Source: Phoronis australis (lineage: Eukaryota; Animalia; Phoronida). From it: a DNA stretch of 64,000 bases. Made by a program: the position numbers and the translations under genes. Within the stretch, counting starts at the first letter, position 1, and each line of letters begins with the position of its first letter. Under the pieces are notes generated by a model. The model was not told where the DNA came from. It did not search any database and saw nothing but the letters and a program-made list of their open reading frames with translations. The stretch covers positions 457,361 to 521,360 of the forward strand of contig NMRA01000307.1 of the NCBI GenBank assembly GCA_002633005.1, in the 5' to 3' direction. Positions 53,233 to 64,000 of the stretch are shown piece by piece.

Positions 53233-56200
53233 ATGGCCTCCATGAGCAAGGAAGAATATCTCAAGAGATACCTTTCAGGCAATGCAGAAACAGGGAAAAC
53301 AAAAAAGCTGAAGAAAAGAGCAAAAGTTGGTGTAAAACCAAATAGGTAAGCTTAAAAACGTAGCCAAGTAGTATTGTTGTTTCGGAATATACTGTATACT
53401 ATTTGTTTCAATCGGTTCATGCGCAATTCACTGAATTCCGAAACTTCCAAAGCAAAGGCAGCCAAAAAGCTCGTTGAAGTTGACAAATGGTAACTTTCTT
53501 GTAAACCTCTGGCGCATTGAAAGTAAAGGAGGCCAGTTGTCAATTTCATAAACAGATATGCCTGAAAAAATTGAAGACCCTCCATGCCCGCTTTTGGGAC
53601 GGAATGTCGGCCCCATTCCACACTGAAAAATAATGCATGCGAAAATCCCTTCCCTACTTCAAGCCCAAGAATTCCCCTCAAGTCATTGAAGTATTCCCCT
53701 CGAGGTTTGAATCACTTGTAACTCACACAGGTAACAATTTGGTAGAGCACAAAACGTTAGTTTGGCTACTTGAGGCAGAGCCTATGAAGACTTGCAACAG
53801 GGTGGGTGATAGGCAATTACATCACCCTGGATGCTGCAGGCATACAGGGCGATAGTACATCCCCAAGTTATGAATTTCAAAATACAGGAAGTAAAATCAA
53901 ATGAAACATGCATATATGCATGTGGAATTATAATTAACACATACCAAAGTCTGGACACAATTCAGTCAAGACAATTTGAACAAATTAATGAAAATCTGTT
54001 GCAGTTTGCTCGAGTTTCTCTTAGGCGGGTGCCATTTTGAGGAAATTACGTGAAGTTGATGAATAAAAGATCCAAGGGATACAAATCTTACAAATTTCAC
54101 CTGATACCTTCCCATGCTATTTTGCAAATGTCATGCACCAATGTGACGCGGTTCGCTCAGTCTCATGCTAGCCTTTGCCAAACTCACGTGACTCAGTTGG
54201 AATACTTTGTGGTTGTCACGCGCGTGGTGAAAATGTTAACGGTGACCAAAAAAGTGGAGTTCTTCATCAAAGTCACCTTAATTCTCGTAACTAAGCTTCA
54301 TTGAAAATATGTGTCTCCACTCAAATGTACTAATTATCTAGTGATTGCCTTCAACAATGGTTTTGTCAGAATGAAGTGCTCACCATTTGTGGAATATTTT
54401 GCAGTTGTACACGTAGTGACACATCCTAATATGCAGTTGTACACGTAGTGACACATCCTAATATGCAGTTGTACACGTAGTGACACATCCTAATATATGC
54501 AGTTGTACACGTAGTGACACATCCTAATATGCAGTTGTACACGTAGTGACACATCCTAATATGCAGTTGTACACGTAGTGACACATCCTAATATGCAGTT
54601 GTACACGTAGTGACACATCCTAATATGCAGTTGTACACGTAGTGACACATCCTAATATGCCCTGCACATCTGATGATATTCCGCAAATGATGCTTCATTC
54701 TCATTAGTACGCAATCTTGGGCTTGAGAAGCTTTGAATATGCAAATTGCATCTTAGCCAACGACTTCAATAATATAGACCAAATTTCATTTGTTACAAAA
54801 TGTTGAAGACAAAATTACAAAAACGGTGAAACAGTTACTTATTTCAGAAATATCATTTCTTGCAGTCTTTCATGTGAATCCTATCAGTCACTAGTGAGAT
54901 TTGTGACATTGTGAAGTTGGCCAAATTTTACATTGTTATAGGGTCCTGCTTTACTTGTGTGACATTGTGAAGTTGGCCAAATTTTACATTGTTATAGGGT
55001 CCTGCTTTACTTGTGTGTGGAGGGAAAATTGCTTGATTTAGGCTTATTATGAATATACAGTGTCATTCGAGAACAAAAGTGATTGCATAGTTTGTGAGGT
55101 TACGCTAGCAGTAGTATAGAGGTGAGCATATAATTGACCTCACAAGCATTCGAGTTCTCTGACCATCAACAGTAGACTTCATGCAAAGGTGTGACACATC
55201 TACCCAAATTTCAGAGTAGCCCAATTTCAGCCATCCATACCAAACTCAAATCTTCTCACTTATCAAATTTTCTAGGAACGGCTTCAACCAAACGATCATT
55301 CTTTGTCTTGTATTTGAAATGTCCTGCTCCAGCAACAACTCATCTCACTTACCATCACGTATAATTGGATGTGCTACAGGACTTCCTATATCTTACAATC
55401 ACTAACTTACTGGAAGTTACTCAAGTTGGTACATTCTATGAACAATCAGCAATTCCTCTGCTGCACCTGGTTACATAATATGAGAACGTAAAAATTTTTA
55501 CTACAAAAAATTTTCATGGAGTGCGTGATTTTCGTTTTTCAGAATGAAAATTATTGATGATGATGTGAACATGCAGTCACTGTTGCCTAGCAACTTGGAG
55601 AATACTCTTGAAGAAGACGTGGGAGATAATGAACCGACTGTTGCTGACTTTATTGATGAAAGACCTGACAGTGTGAAGCAGTTGGAGAATTACAGAGAAA
55701 CAGGAAAATGGAAAACAGTAACTAAAGGTACAAGTTTCTACATGTTATGTAATGAAGAAATCACTCAAAATTAACAAAGTCAAATGGTTACTGTTTGTGG
55801 TTAGGGCTATCCATGTCTTTATCAGCGTTAACTTAGCTTGTGGATTTTTGAAGAAGGCAGATAGGATGTCTTTATATGAAGGCAGATCTACCGCTTAAGA
55901 CAAGCATTCATAAGCTCAAGGTGTTTTATCAGAAAGTTCAAACTCAAAGGTAATTACAAAATTTGAGTCCTACTTTTTCGAAAGTCTATGTCCATGCTGT
56001 TTGCCATTGGTATAGTAAGGGAATATTTTAATACAATAATGTTTATCCCAATCTGTTCTTGAGAAGTGAAGTGATCACTTGTGCAATACAGTGAGCATCC
56101 TCGGTGAGCAGCGCTCAGGTATCACTGAGATTCCAAAGTTAGGTATTACATTGCTAGGAAGGAGGTGCAAGACCAACAGCGAAATGAATCCTGCAATTCA

Positions 56201-59200
56201 GCACTCCAACCTCTCCAACCAATCCGTTCATTGCCCACCATTTTGCTGGGGCAGTATAGCATACTGGCGATACACTCACTGTTCACCTACTTTCCTCAGT
56301 GGAAGCGAGTGCTAAATTTACATGAGTGGCAAATTTTCTAGTAGGTTCACTGGCTAAAACGTTAGCAAAAACACTAGCATTTAACCAGACAAACAAGCCC
56401 TCTGCAAAGGGGTCATTTCTGCCAGAAGTTAGTTTGTTTCCTCACCACCCGAATCGTTTTTAAGCAAAAATCTATATCAAAACAGATTCACTCTCTGCCA
56501 TAAATTCATTAATGTGACTATAAACAATATTACCCAGGGCTTGACACTATGAAAATCGCTAGGTTGCATTTTGCGATCTAGCCAAAATCCCAGGTCACAA
56601 TTTCAAAATTTAGCTGCATTCATAAATGCCAGGTCGCAAAACTTTCCCGCCATTTTTACGCACCAATGAGAAAATGTTTAGATTAATATGCTCTTACCTG
56701 CGGCGTTAAATACTCACAAATTTCAGGTTGCAAAATTGAGTTCTTACATGCAGGTACGGCGTTAATGTTCTTCACAACCGACATTCAAAGACAGTTGCCG
56801 ACGTGAAAGTTGAATCACTGCTCTCTAACTGACGCGTGCATTTGAGTACCTAAGTTTGCAACGTGAAAAGGGAGAAAATATTCACTGAAAAAACATGCGA
56901 GATTCTGCTAGGTCTGACCTGCTATATAACTGTCATCAATGTCATTAAAGATCCAAACAACTCTGAGTGCAAACTCAATCCATTTTTTATTCGCAGCCTA
57001 AACTTTGCAACTTCACTCGACGTTTGAAAAACATCCTGTCGAAAAACTTCTGTGAAACGTTGTCCTAGCTGAATGACGTACATGTATGCGGATTCGCTGG
57101 TACAAATCTTTGCTAAGTTTCCAACAAAAAATGCTGGACTTATGCTATTTAAGTATCCAACAATTAGTTTCTATGAAATGAAAAGCCCCGAAAATAATTG
57201 CCGAATCCATTCGGTTTTCATTGGGTAATTCAAGTTTGCTCCTCAATACCTTCCATGTATGGGAAAAATACATCTGTCACAAAACGACATACATGTCACT
57301 AGTCTCACTTTCTTTTGGAGGTATAAAACAAAGTCGGGGTTGTTTTTACATATTGAGAAAAGACGTTTTCTTTGAAAATTTAATTTGTTGTGTAAATGAG
57401 AGTGACTCAGCCTAATATATAAGCTGCGTGTCAATTTCAAACCGCATGCAGTCATTTGTAGTGCACTATGGCCTGAACTTAACGCTTAACTGGAAATTCT
57501 CAAAAGTTGAGAGAGAACGCTTAGTAGGGCAATGAGCGCTTATTATGAAACACTTCAAGTGAGGACATACGGATCATCGGGTCTAGGGAACATCGACTCG
57601 GGGACTATCGGAACAGGAAAATATTAGTTTTAGGCCACGTCGGTCCCGAGTCATAATATCTTAAAGCATCTGGTCTTTCTTAACCGCAAGGAATCTAATA
57701 AGTTCATTGTCAAATAAACCATTGGCATCCGGGTGCTTAATAGAGCCAAGCCGGTATATTCTTTCATTTAGGACGAGTGTCGCTGTTCTCTTTTGATGTG
57801 CAGTTTTGGAGTGGTGGTTTTGCATAATTTCAGGCACTTGAATCACTGGAATAGGCCTACACTTAACGTTGGCAACAACATGTGACAGACGACTCGTATG
57901 TCGCGCACATAGCACCAGAAACAAGCAAATTGTTTTGAGAATTTCTTGGCAACTAAAAAACTTTTGCTCAATGTAAGGATGTGGTCCTTGTTTGGCAAAT
58001 AATAGGGTTGTCATTTAACATTTGCTGTCTTTTGCAATAAAAATCAAGACATTTCCAAGTCACGGTTGTCTGTGGAACTGCTTACGCTCTAACAACGGGA
58101 CGGACCAGTGCTGCAGTTTGATAACAAGGATTTTGTCATGGATATTTGATAATATGGACATGTTACATAAAAATAAACATGTTTTCTAACCACAAATTTG
58201 GCAAGTTGATTGTCTAAGAATTAGTAGAAACACTGGTGTTTTGTGACGTTTTATCGCGTGTTATGCCTTGGTCCGAAACTTTCTTCGGCACATTTGGAAA
58301 TTTGCGAAAGTAGCCGAAAACATTAAACAATGAAACGCATCAAAGATCAATTCTGCATTATCTCATGTTCACGCGACATGCTTACAAGTCATTGGGAGGG
58401 CTGTTCTTGGTTAGTGTTCTTTTGAACTTGATTTGGCAACAATAAAATACAGGTCGGATTCACACGTCAGTTGGGTTATAATTGTCTGGTATCTGCTGAG
58501 GAGGGTAAAAACTCAGCTCGCATACGTTGTAAATTCTAGATCACATTTTGTGACTTGATACAAGCTGGCAAAAATCTCAGCTCGCATTTCCAAATTTCAG
58601 GTTGCAAATGCGACCTGCAGCTGGTTATGTCGAGCCCTGTTACCTTGGCACACCTTTGTCTTCTGAAGGAAGCGGTTTAGCTACAAAAGTGTTTTGCAAA
58701 AACACCAGCATTTGGTGTTGCTCAACCCGCCAGGAAAACGCCAGCAGATTAACTATTTTCGTGACTTTTCCGTTTTTGCTGATAGTGAAAGTACTAGGGA
58801 AAATGCTTCAGTTTTAGTCAATTTGTGAACGGGGATGATAAAATGGCTGATTAGATCTGTGTCAATCATGGCTATATATTTTTTTTAAGTTGCTCAGATT
58901 GTGAATCTGCATTCTGATCTGATATCATGACATGTTTGTCTCAAGCCACGTTATTGCATTTTGAAGGTCCTGCTGATAGCCATGATTTGTAGTTTTTAGC
59001 ACTCATGATTCAGGTTTTTAACAGGGGGCGCTATAACCACTTTGAGAACTATACCAGTTCTCGCTCTCCCAAGTTGAAACTTTGGATTGAAGATTTGTCC
59101 AATTCACATTTTTTGTGTGTCTTTCCTTATCTCTGAAACTGTCATCTCAGTGGGTATGACACTAGTGCATACTTACTGTTCTGACGTAACAGGGACTGTG

Positions 59201-61673
59201 TTTGAAATAGTGAACAACATTGGCTCTCATGATGTATGCTCAGTGTCACTAATGAGTTGCTCTTGTTTTCAGTCATCCAACATCCAAATGGAAGGGAAAG
59301 TCCTAGTAATAATCAACTCACACATAGAATGAATGGTTCTGATTCTGACAAATCACCACCAAGGAGACACAACAGACATGATTCTGATTCTGACCAGTCA
59401 ACGCCAAGGAGACAAAACAGGCATGATTCTGATTCTGACCAATCACCACCAAGGAGACAAAGCAGACATGATTCTGATCAATCACCACCAAGGAGACAAA
59501 GCAGACATGATTCTGATCAATCACCACCAAGGAGACAAAGCAGACATGATTCTGATCAATCTCCGCCAAGGAGACAAAGCAAACATGATTCTGATTCTGA
59601 CCAGTCACCGCTCAAGAGAAAAAATAGACCTGATTCTGACCATTCACCACCAAGTAAACAAGGCCATAACTCTAACATATCACCATCACAAAGAAAGAAC
59701 AGGCGTAGTTCTGATTCTGACCACACTCCACCGAGGAAACACAAACATAGTTCTTCACCCAGCAGACCATCTGAAGGACATGTGCAACAGAAGGCCCAAA
59801 GAAAAAGACGTTTAGAGAATTACCAGCCTAGAAAGAAGCAAAGACATGACTCCGAGTCTGACCAGTCGCCTCGGAGGAGACAACATCATGACCCTGATTC
59901 TGATCAATCCCCGCCAAGGAGACGAAATCATAACACTGATTCTGACCAATCACCACCCAGGAGACGTCATGACCCGGATTCTGACCAATCACCACCCAGG
60001 ATAATAAAGTATGCCTCAGACTCTGACCAGTCACCACCCAGGAGAAAGAGGAAATCTGTTTCTCCAGCAGGAATGCGTAAACAAAATAAATATCATGGTT
60101 ACAGGGACTCTAATGCTGCAAATTTGGAGAAAAAAAGCAAATATGAAAGTGAACCTGGTAAACACGAGTCCTCTAAATCAAAATATAACAAACACAAAAG
60201 CTCAAATTCGGACTTTTCACCTTGTAAATCTCACAAGTCAGATTCGTCGCAGCGACGCAACAAAAGAAGCCCTTCACCGGAAAGCAGCAATAAAATGAAG
60301 AGGACTCTGTCGGGTAAAGCTGCTGGGATATCGAGTGCCCAGGAAATGAGAAGTGAAGCAGAGAAGTTGAGGCAGAGAGAGAACAAAGTTTTCAACCAAG
60401 TGAGTATCTGGCAAGGTCTGTAGCCAGTTGTCGAATACAGATCTATTAAAGTCCTTTCCACATTGGTTTGTTGTTCGTTATGGAGGGAGCTCCTGTTCAA
60501 TTTAATGGCAGTGACCAGGCAATGGACAAAAGTTTTAATGAAAATGTACAAAAATAAATTTTTGAGCTTTGGAAGTCTTATTTTGTTGCGTATGAGTTTG
60601 TTGATGTCCACACAAACTCACTAGCTAGTGGGTGCTCTGACTTGGCTTTTATATGGTAATAACACGTGATATACAGAAAGGATTGTTGGATAGCGGTTAT
60701 CCAAAGCAGCAGTGCCTGTAGATGTAGATTTACAATGGGTAAAAGTCGCTTCATTCTAGCAACGTTTCAAGCGGCCAGTAGATGGCAGTTATAGATATGA
60801 GCAGGTATGTTATATATCTAACACCAATTGCCAGCTTACCGAGCAAACTATGGCCTATTTGACACTTTATGGATGACTCGAATCCTGCAAATCTATGCTC
60901 TGGTATTAGCGTGCATTGGTTTTCGCTATCTGTAAAAAACTTTTATGCTTGTCTTTTTCTGGTATGCTTCTCTGTACAAAATGTTTCTTGTGTGAAACTT
61001 CAGAATTCATTAGAAGCTGATGAATGCAATATTACAGAATGCGATATCACAGTCTTTGAGGACATAACTTATTAACTTGAGGATGTCATAGTTTTTGAAG
61101 ACATAACTTGAGGATGTCATTGTCTTTGAGGACATAACTTGAGGATGGATAAGCCCAACATTGCTGAGTGAGCCTGTCCGTGAATAAACGGTCACAATGA
61201 AACTGTTTTGTCAAGAAAAGGCATCTTTGGTTCTGGTCTTTGTTTTGTTTTCTGAAAATCGACGTTTTTTATGTTGTGCACGAGGAAAAAATGGCGCCAT
61301 TTGTTTTTGTTTTTCTCATCGGTTGTTAAGTCATGGTGTGGTTGACGTGTCGTTTGTACTGCTTTTTGAAAAAAACTCAAGACCTCGACTGAAATTGATG
61401 TAGGTGGACATTTTTGGCTGGAAAAGAAACTCCATCGAGGTTATTCAATGTTGTCTTGACAATGGTATTCATGACATGCACGTGTGTGTGTTACAACTCT
61501 GAGGTGAATGTTCTGTGCTAGGTTGATGCAGACTTATTGGGTAAAGATGCAGCCACTGTGTTCAGGGACAGAAGTGGGAAAAGGAGAGATATGAAAGAAG
61601 AGAGGAGGAAACAGAAAGCTGAAGAGCGGGAGAAAGTAGAGGAGGAAGAGCGATATATGGAGTGGGGCAAAGG
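53233..61673 (+). CDS. BUD13: BUD13 homolog (RES splicing complex), exons 1-4, 3' end outside the window
   Basis: Exons 53233-53345, 55543-55727, 59273-60399, 61522-61673 with consistent phases. Motifs SKEEYLKRYLSG, MKIIDDD, many RHDSDQSPPRR repeats, TLSGKAAG, ATVFRDRSGKRRD, YMEWGKG. Confidence 0.95.
53575..53812 (+). mobile_element. Dispersed MITE, copy 3 (BUD13 intron 1)
   Basis: Shares aattcccctcaagt..gaggtttgaatcacttgtaactcacacaggt..ttggctacttgag..cctatgaag with 50440-50570. Confidence 0.7.
54398..54660. repeat. 32-bp minisatellite, 8 near-perfect copies
   Basis: Unit gcagttgtacacgtagtgacacatcctaatat. Confidence 0.97.
54902..55016. repeat. ~56-bp exact tandem duplication
   Basis: tgtgacattgtgaagttggccaaattttacattgttatagggtcctgctttacttg occurs twice. 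Confidence 0.92.
56535..58639. mobile_element. Non-autonomous hAT-like DNA transposon, 2.1 kb (BUD13 intron 2)
   Basis: TIR CAGGGCTTGACA / TGTCGAGCCCTG; subterminal aggttgca/aggtcgca repeats at both ends; TTACC flanks both sides; no recognisable intact transposase. Confidence 0.75.
61050..61146. repeat. ~30-bp tandem repeat, 3 copies
   Basis: gtctttgaggacataacttgaggatgtcat-like units. Confidence 0.75.
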
Positions 61674-61759
61674 GTAGGTCGGGTGTCTAACTAACAGGTG
61701 GTGTGTCGGAGAGTGCTGTCGAGGGGGTTGGTAATACAAACATTGAGGACATTTCATAT

Positions 61760-62840
61760 ATCAAGTGTCTCAAAAAAGTGAGCCACTTTTTGACAAGCAA
61801 TTTTTCAGCAACGAAAAGCCGGGTTACAGGGCTTGGAATTTTCCGCGGAAACGCGGATTTCCGCTTTTTTGAAATGTGCTTTCCGCTTTTTTATAATATT
61901 TCTGTGTAAAAAAATCGGATTTGATATGAAATTTCCGCGGCAAATTCCTTTCTTACCGCGGCGTTGCAGACGACGTTCACCTCGGAAAGCGGAAGTCTTT
62001 ATGTTTCGGAGGAACGTAAATTGTCGGGGCATCTGGGTAAAGCGTGGTCTGATTTTCAATGGCGGCTCGTGTTATTGTTAAGCGCGACGACAAATACTAC
62101 CGCACTGCAGCCAAATTTGTGTGGGTTGGGAGTGGACGGGCGAGCGAAAAGGACGCAGACGCATGCCACTGATGGTGGTAACGTATTTTTTTTTTTTTTT
62201 TTTTAGTCCTCCCGATTTTTGTCGCGGAAAGGTTCACATTGACCATTTCAATGGCTGGTTATCGGGCATGATTTGGGCTGTAAAAGTTTCCGCGTTTTTT
62301 GTCATTGGTCATTCCAAGCCCTGGGGTTATCTTGCTCGTTTTAGAAGAAGCCCCATCTTGCTGATACATGTGATTGTTTCCAGGATAAAGTCATCTGCAA
62401 TCTGGGAGAAGTTTTCATCCAATAACTGCATGTAACGTTGACTGCTAACTTTGGCTCTATCAATGTCAATAAAATGAATATTTGTTTTTAATTTCTTCCC
62501 AAGATACTCCAGTGGAACCCATTACTTTTTAAGGAAATCTGGAAGTCTCATGATAGAGTCGAAAGGGCTGCATTTCGCGTTTTTGTTTCCCATAAACACG
62601 ATCATTTTGGCCACTTTTAGTGATCTCTAGCGTAAAGTCATTTTCATGAGACTGAAAATGATTATTTTCACATCAGTGGCTGAATAGCGGTCATGCAAGT
62701 AGCGGCATCGAGTTTTTCTTTTCCTTCTAACATCTCTGTGATGCCAACTTTAGCTGACCAGTTTTTTTCACCATTCTTTGCACAGAACACTTGCTCACTA
62801 AATCACTTGCGACTTCACCCATAGATTTGTGATTGCCTGG
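61760..62840 (-). mobile_element. Decayed Tc1/mariner (DD37D/maT-like) transposon, interrupted by a MITE
   Basis: Minus-strand translation of ~62800-62330, with frameshifts: RKRKTRCRYLHDRY..IIFS.ENDFTLE..NDRVYG..KVMGSTGVSW..KTNIHFID..KVSSQRYMQLLDEN..PDCR.LYPGNNHMYQQDGASSKTSKIT. A TIR-like end lies near 61760. Confidence 0.75.
61827..62323. mobile_element. hAT-like MITE nested in the mariner remnant
   Basis: Perfect 13-bp TIR CAGGGCTTGGAAT / ATTCCAAGCCCTG; 6-bp duplication GGGTTA on both sides; internal ttccgcgg/cgcggaaa repeats; CpG-rich. Confidence 0.88.
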
Positions 62841-62847
62841 GTTATCC

Positions 62848-62952
62848 TCTACTGAGCCGCCTCCTTATCTACTGAGCCGCCTCTTTTTCTACTGAGCCGC
62901 CTCCTTTTCTACTGAGCCGCCTCCTTTTCCACTGAGTCACCTCCTTTTCTAC
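62848..62952. repeat. 20-bp tandem repeat, ~5 copies
   Basis: Unit ctactgagccgcctcctttt. Confidence 0.9.
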
Positions 62953-62956
62953 ACCC

Positions 62957-64000
62957 TGTAGTATAAGTGACTTTGTTATTACGGACACACACGGACGACC
63001 ATCTTACGATTGTAGATCGACGTAGTTTCAGTGTTCCCAATAAACCTAGTTTATTCTTATTATTCTACATGGTGGCAGCTTTTTAACTACACGATGGAAC
63101 TCATGAAGCCTTCTAGCGAAGATCTAGACCTCAATCCAGGCAATGTCTCTGAAAACTGGAGGAGATTTCGGCAAAAGTTTGAAGTGTATCTCGTGGCGAG
63201 TGGGGCCACTGATTTCTACGACAAACGGAAGGTGGCGCTATTCTTACATTGCGTTGGAGACGACGCATTGGCGTTGTATAACACTATCAGTTTTGAAAAT
63301 GAAGAGGCCTCCAAAAACTTGGATATTGTCCTGACCAAGTTTGAAGAATTTTGTTCACCAAGAAAAAATGTTACATATGAACGTTACAAATTCCACAGCA
63401 GAAAACAAATGGAGGGAGAAACCATCAAAAATTTTGTGACACACTTGCGCACACTGGCGCAAACGTGTGAGTTCGGGGAACTTGAAAAATCTTTGATAAA
63501 AGATCAGCTCGTTCTCGGTGTCCGTGATGATGGGTTGCGCGCTAAACTGCTGCGCCAGGGCGGGCAGGCGGACGGTCTTTCTCTCGAAGCGGCGTTAGAC
63601 TCGTGTCACGCGGCAGAAGCCTCGGGTATGCAGTTTCGCGAAATTACAGCCACAGTGGGGGATTCGACATCGGTAGGTGCGGTAAACGAAATCTCAAAGT
63701 GCTCTCGGTGCGGTAAAACGGCACACGGGACTGGTGAGAGATGTCCTGCGCGATCGTCGGAATGTCGGAAATGTAAGCGGCGGGGCCACTGGGCTGTTGC
63801 ATGTAAAACTCACCTCCAACAAGAAGGGGTGAAAGAAGTCTCTACCGGACTGGGTAATGGGAAACACGAGGAAATGCCTCGAGAGTTCTTAGGTGAAATA
63901 ACGCCAGGTGAAAACGACATTGTAAAACCCCTTCGCGTATTCACCCAGGGAGGTTTTGACAAAACGTTTGAATTTAAACTAGACACTGGTGCGGGCGTAA
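62957..64000 (+). mobile_element. Ty3/Gypsy LTR retrotransposon, Mag-like, 5' part (short LTR 62957-63069, PBS 63070-63079)
   Basis: LTR TGTAGTATAA...TTATTCTACA with an internal AATAAA, immediately followed by the PBS TGGTGGCAGC (tRNA-Leu-like) and an open gag-pol frame. Confidence 0.88.
63094..64000 (+). CDS. Gag-Pol polyprotein of the LTR retrotransposon (partial; runs off the window)
   Basis: Uninterrupted frame: GNVSENWRRFRQKFEVYL..KVALFLHCVG..PRKNVTYERYKFHSRKQMEGE..CEFGELEKSLIKDQLVLG; two zinc knuckles (CSRCGKTAHGTGERC, CRKCKRRGHWAVAC); aspartic protease FKLDTGA in the same frame. Missing from the ORF track because there is no stop in the window. Confidence 0.92.
   Translation, partial: MELMKPSSEDLDLNPGNVSENWRRFRQKFEVYLVASGATDFYDKRKVALFLHCVGDDALALYNTISFENEEASKNLDIVLTKFEEFCSPRKNVTYERYKFHSRKQMEGETIKNFVTHLRTLAQTCEFGELEKSLIKDQLVLGVRDDGLRAKLLRQGGQADGLSLEAALDSCHAAEASGMQFREITATVGDSTSVGAVNEISKCSRCGKTAHGTGERCPARSSECRKCKRRGHWAVACKTHLQQEGVKEVSTGLGNGKHEEMPREFLGEITPGENDIVKPLRVFTQGGFDKTFEFKLDTGAGV

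Noticed and set aside
54398-54660. CRISPR-like appearance of the 32-bp repeats (also the 35001 and 16279 arrays)
   Set aside because: Units are contiguous with no unique spacers, there are no cas genes, and the context is a eukaryotic intron.
59318-60298. Overlapping alternative-frame and antisense ORFs in BUD13 exon 3
   Set aside because: Explained by the repetitive coding sequence; no independent evidence.

Overview
Intron-rich, AT-rich animal (probably marine invertebrate) nuclear DNA, not prokaryotic, so most of the short ORFs in the track are noise. I assembled the gene models by hand from splice signals and reading-frame phase. The window holds two head-to-head gene pairs. Pair 1: an unidentified acidic-protein gene on the - strand (partial, runs off the left edge) and a complete 8-exon choline/ethanolamine phosphotransferase (CEPT1/CHPT1 family, 389 aa, +). 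Pair 2: a complete 17-exon ASCC2 (746 aa, -) and the 5' part of BUD13 (+, 4 exons, runs off the right edge). ASCC2 intron 10 is a U12 (minor-spliceosome) GT-AG intron. Introns carry many mobile elements: tRNA-derived SINEs, hAT-, Sola- and Tc1/mariner-type non-autonomous elements, a 5' LINE fragment, a Helentron-like element, several minisatellites, and an apparently intact Mag-like Ty3/Gypsy LTR retrotransposon at the right edge whose ORF is missing from the ORF track. There is a 412-N assembly gap. The most unusual items are a pair of paralogous 42-nt cryptic exons in ASCC2 intron 12, a SINE-head-derived tandem array, CAGG-ended elements with 5-, 6- and 8-bp target duplications, and the unidentified gene. 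I do not see evidence for a wholly new multi-gene system.
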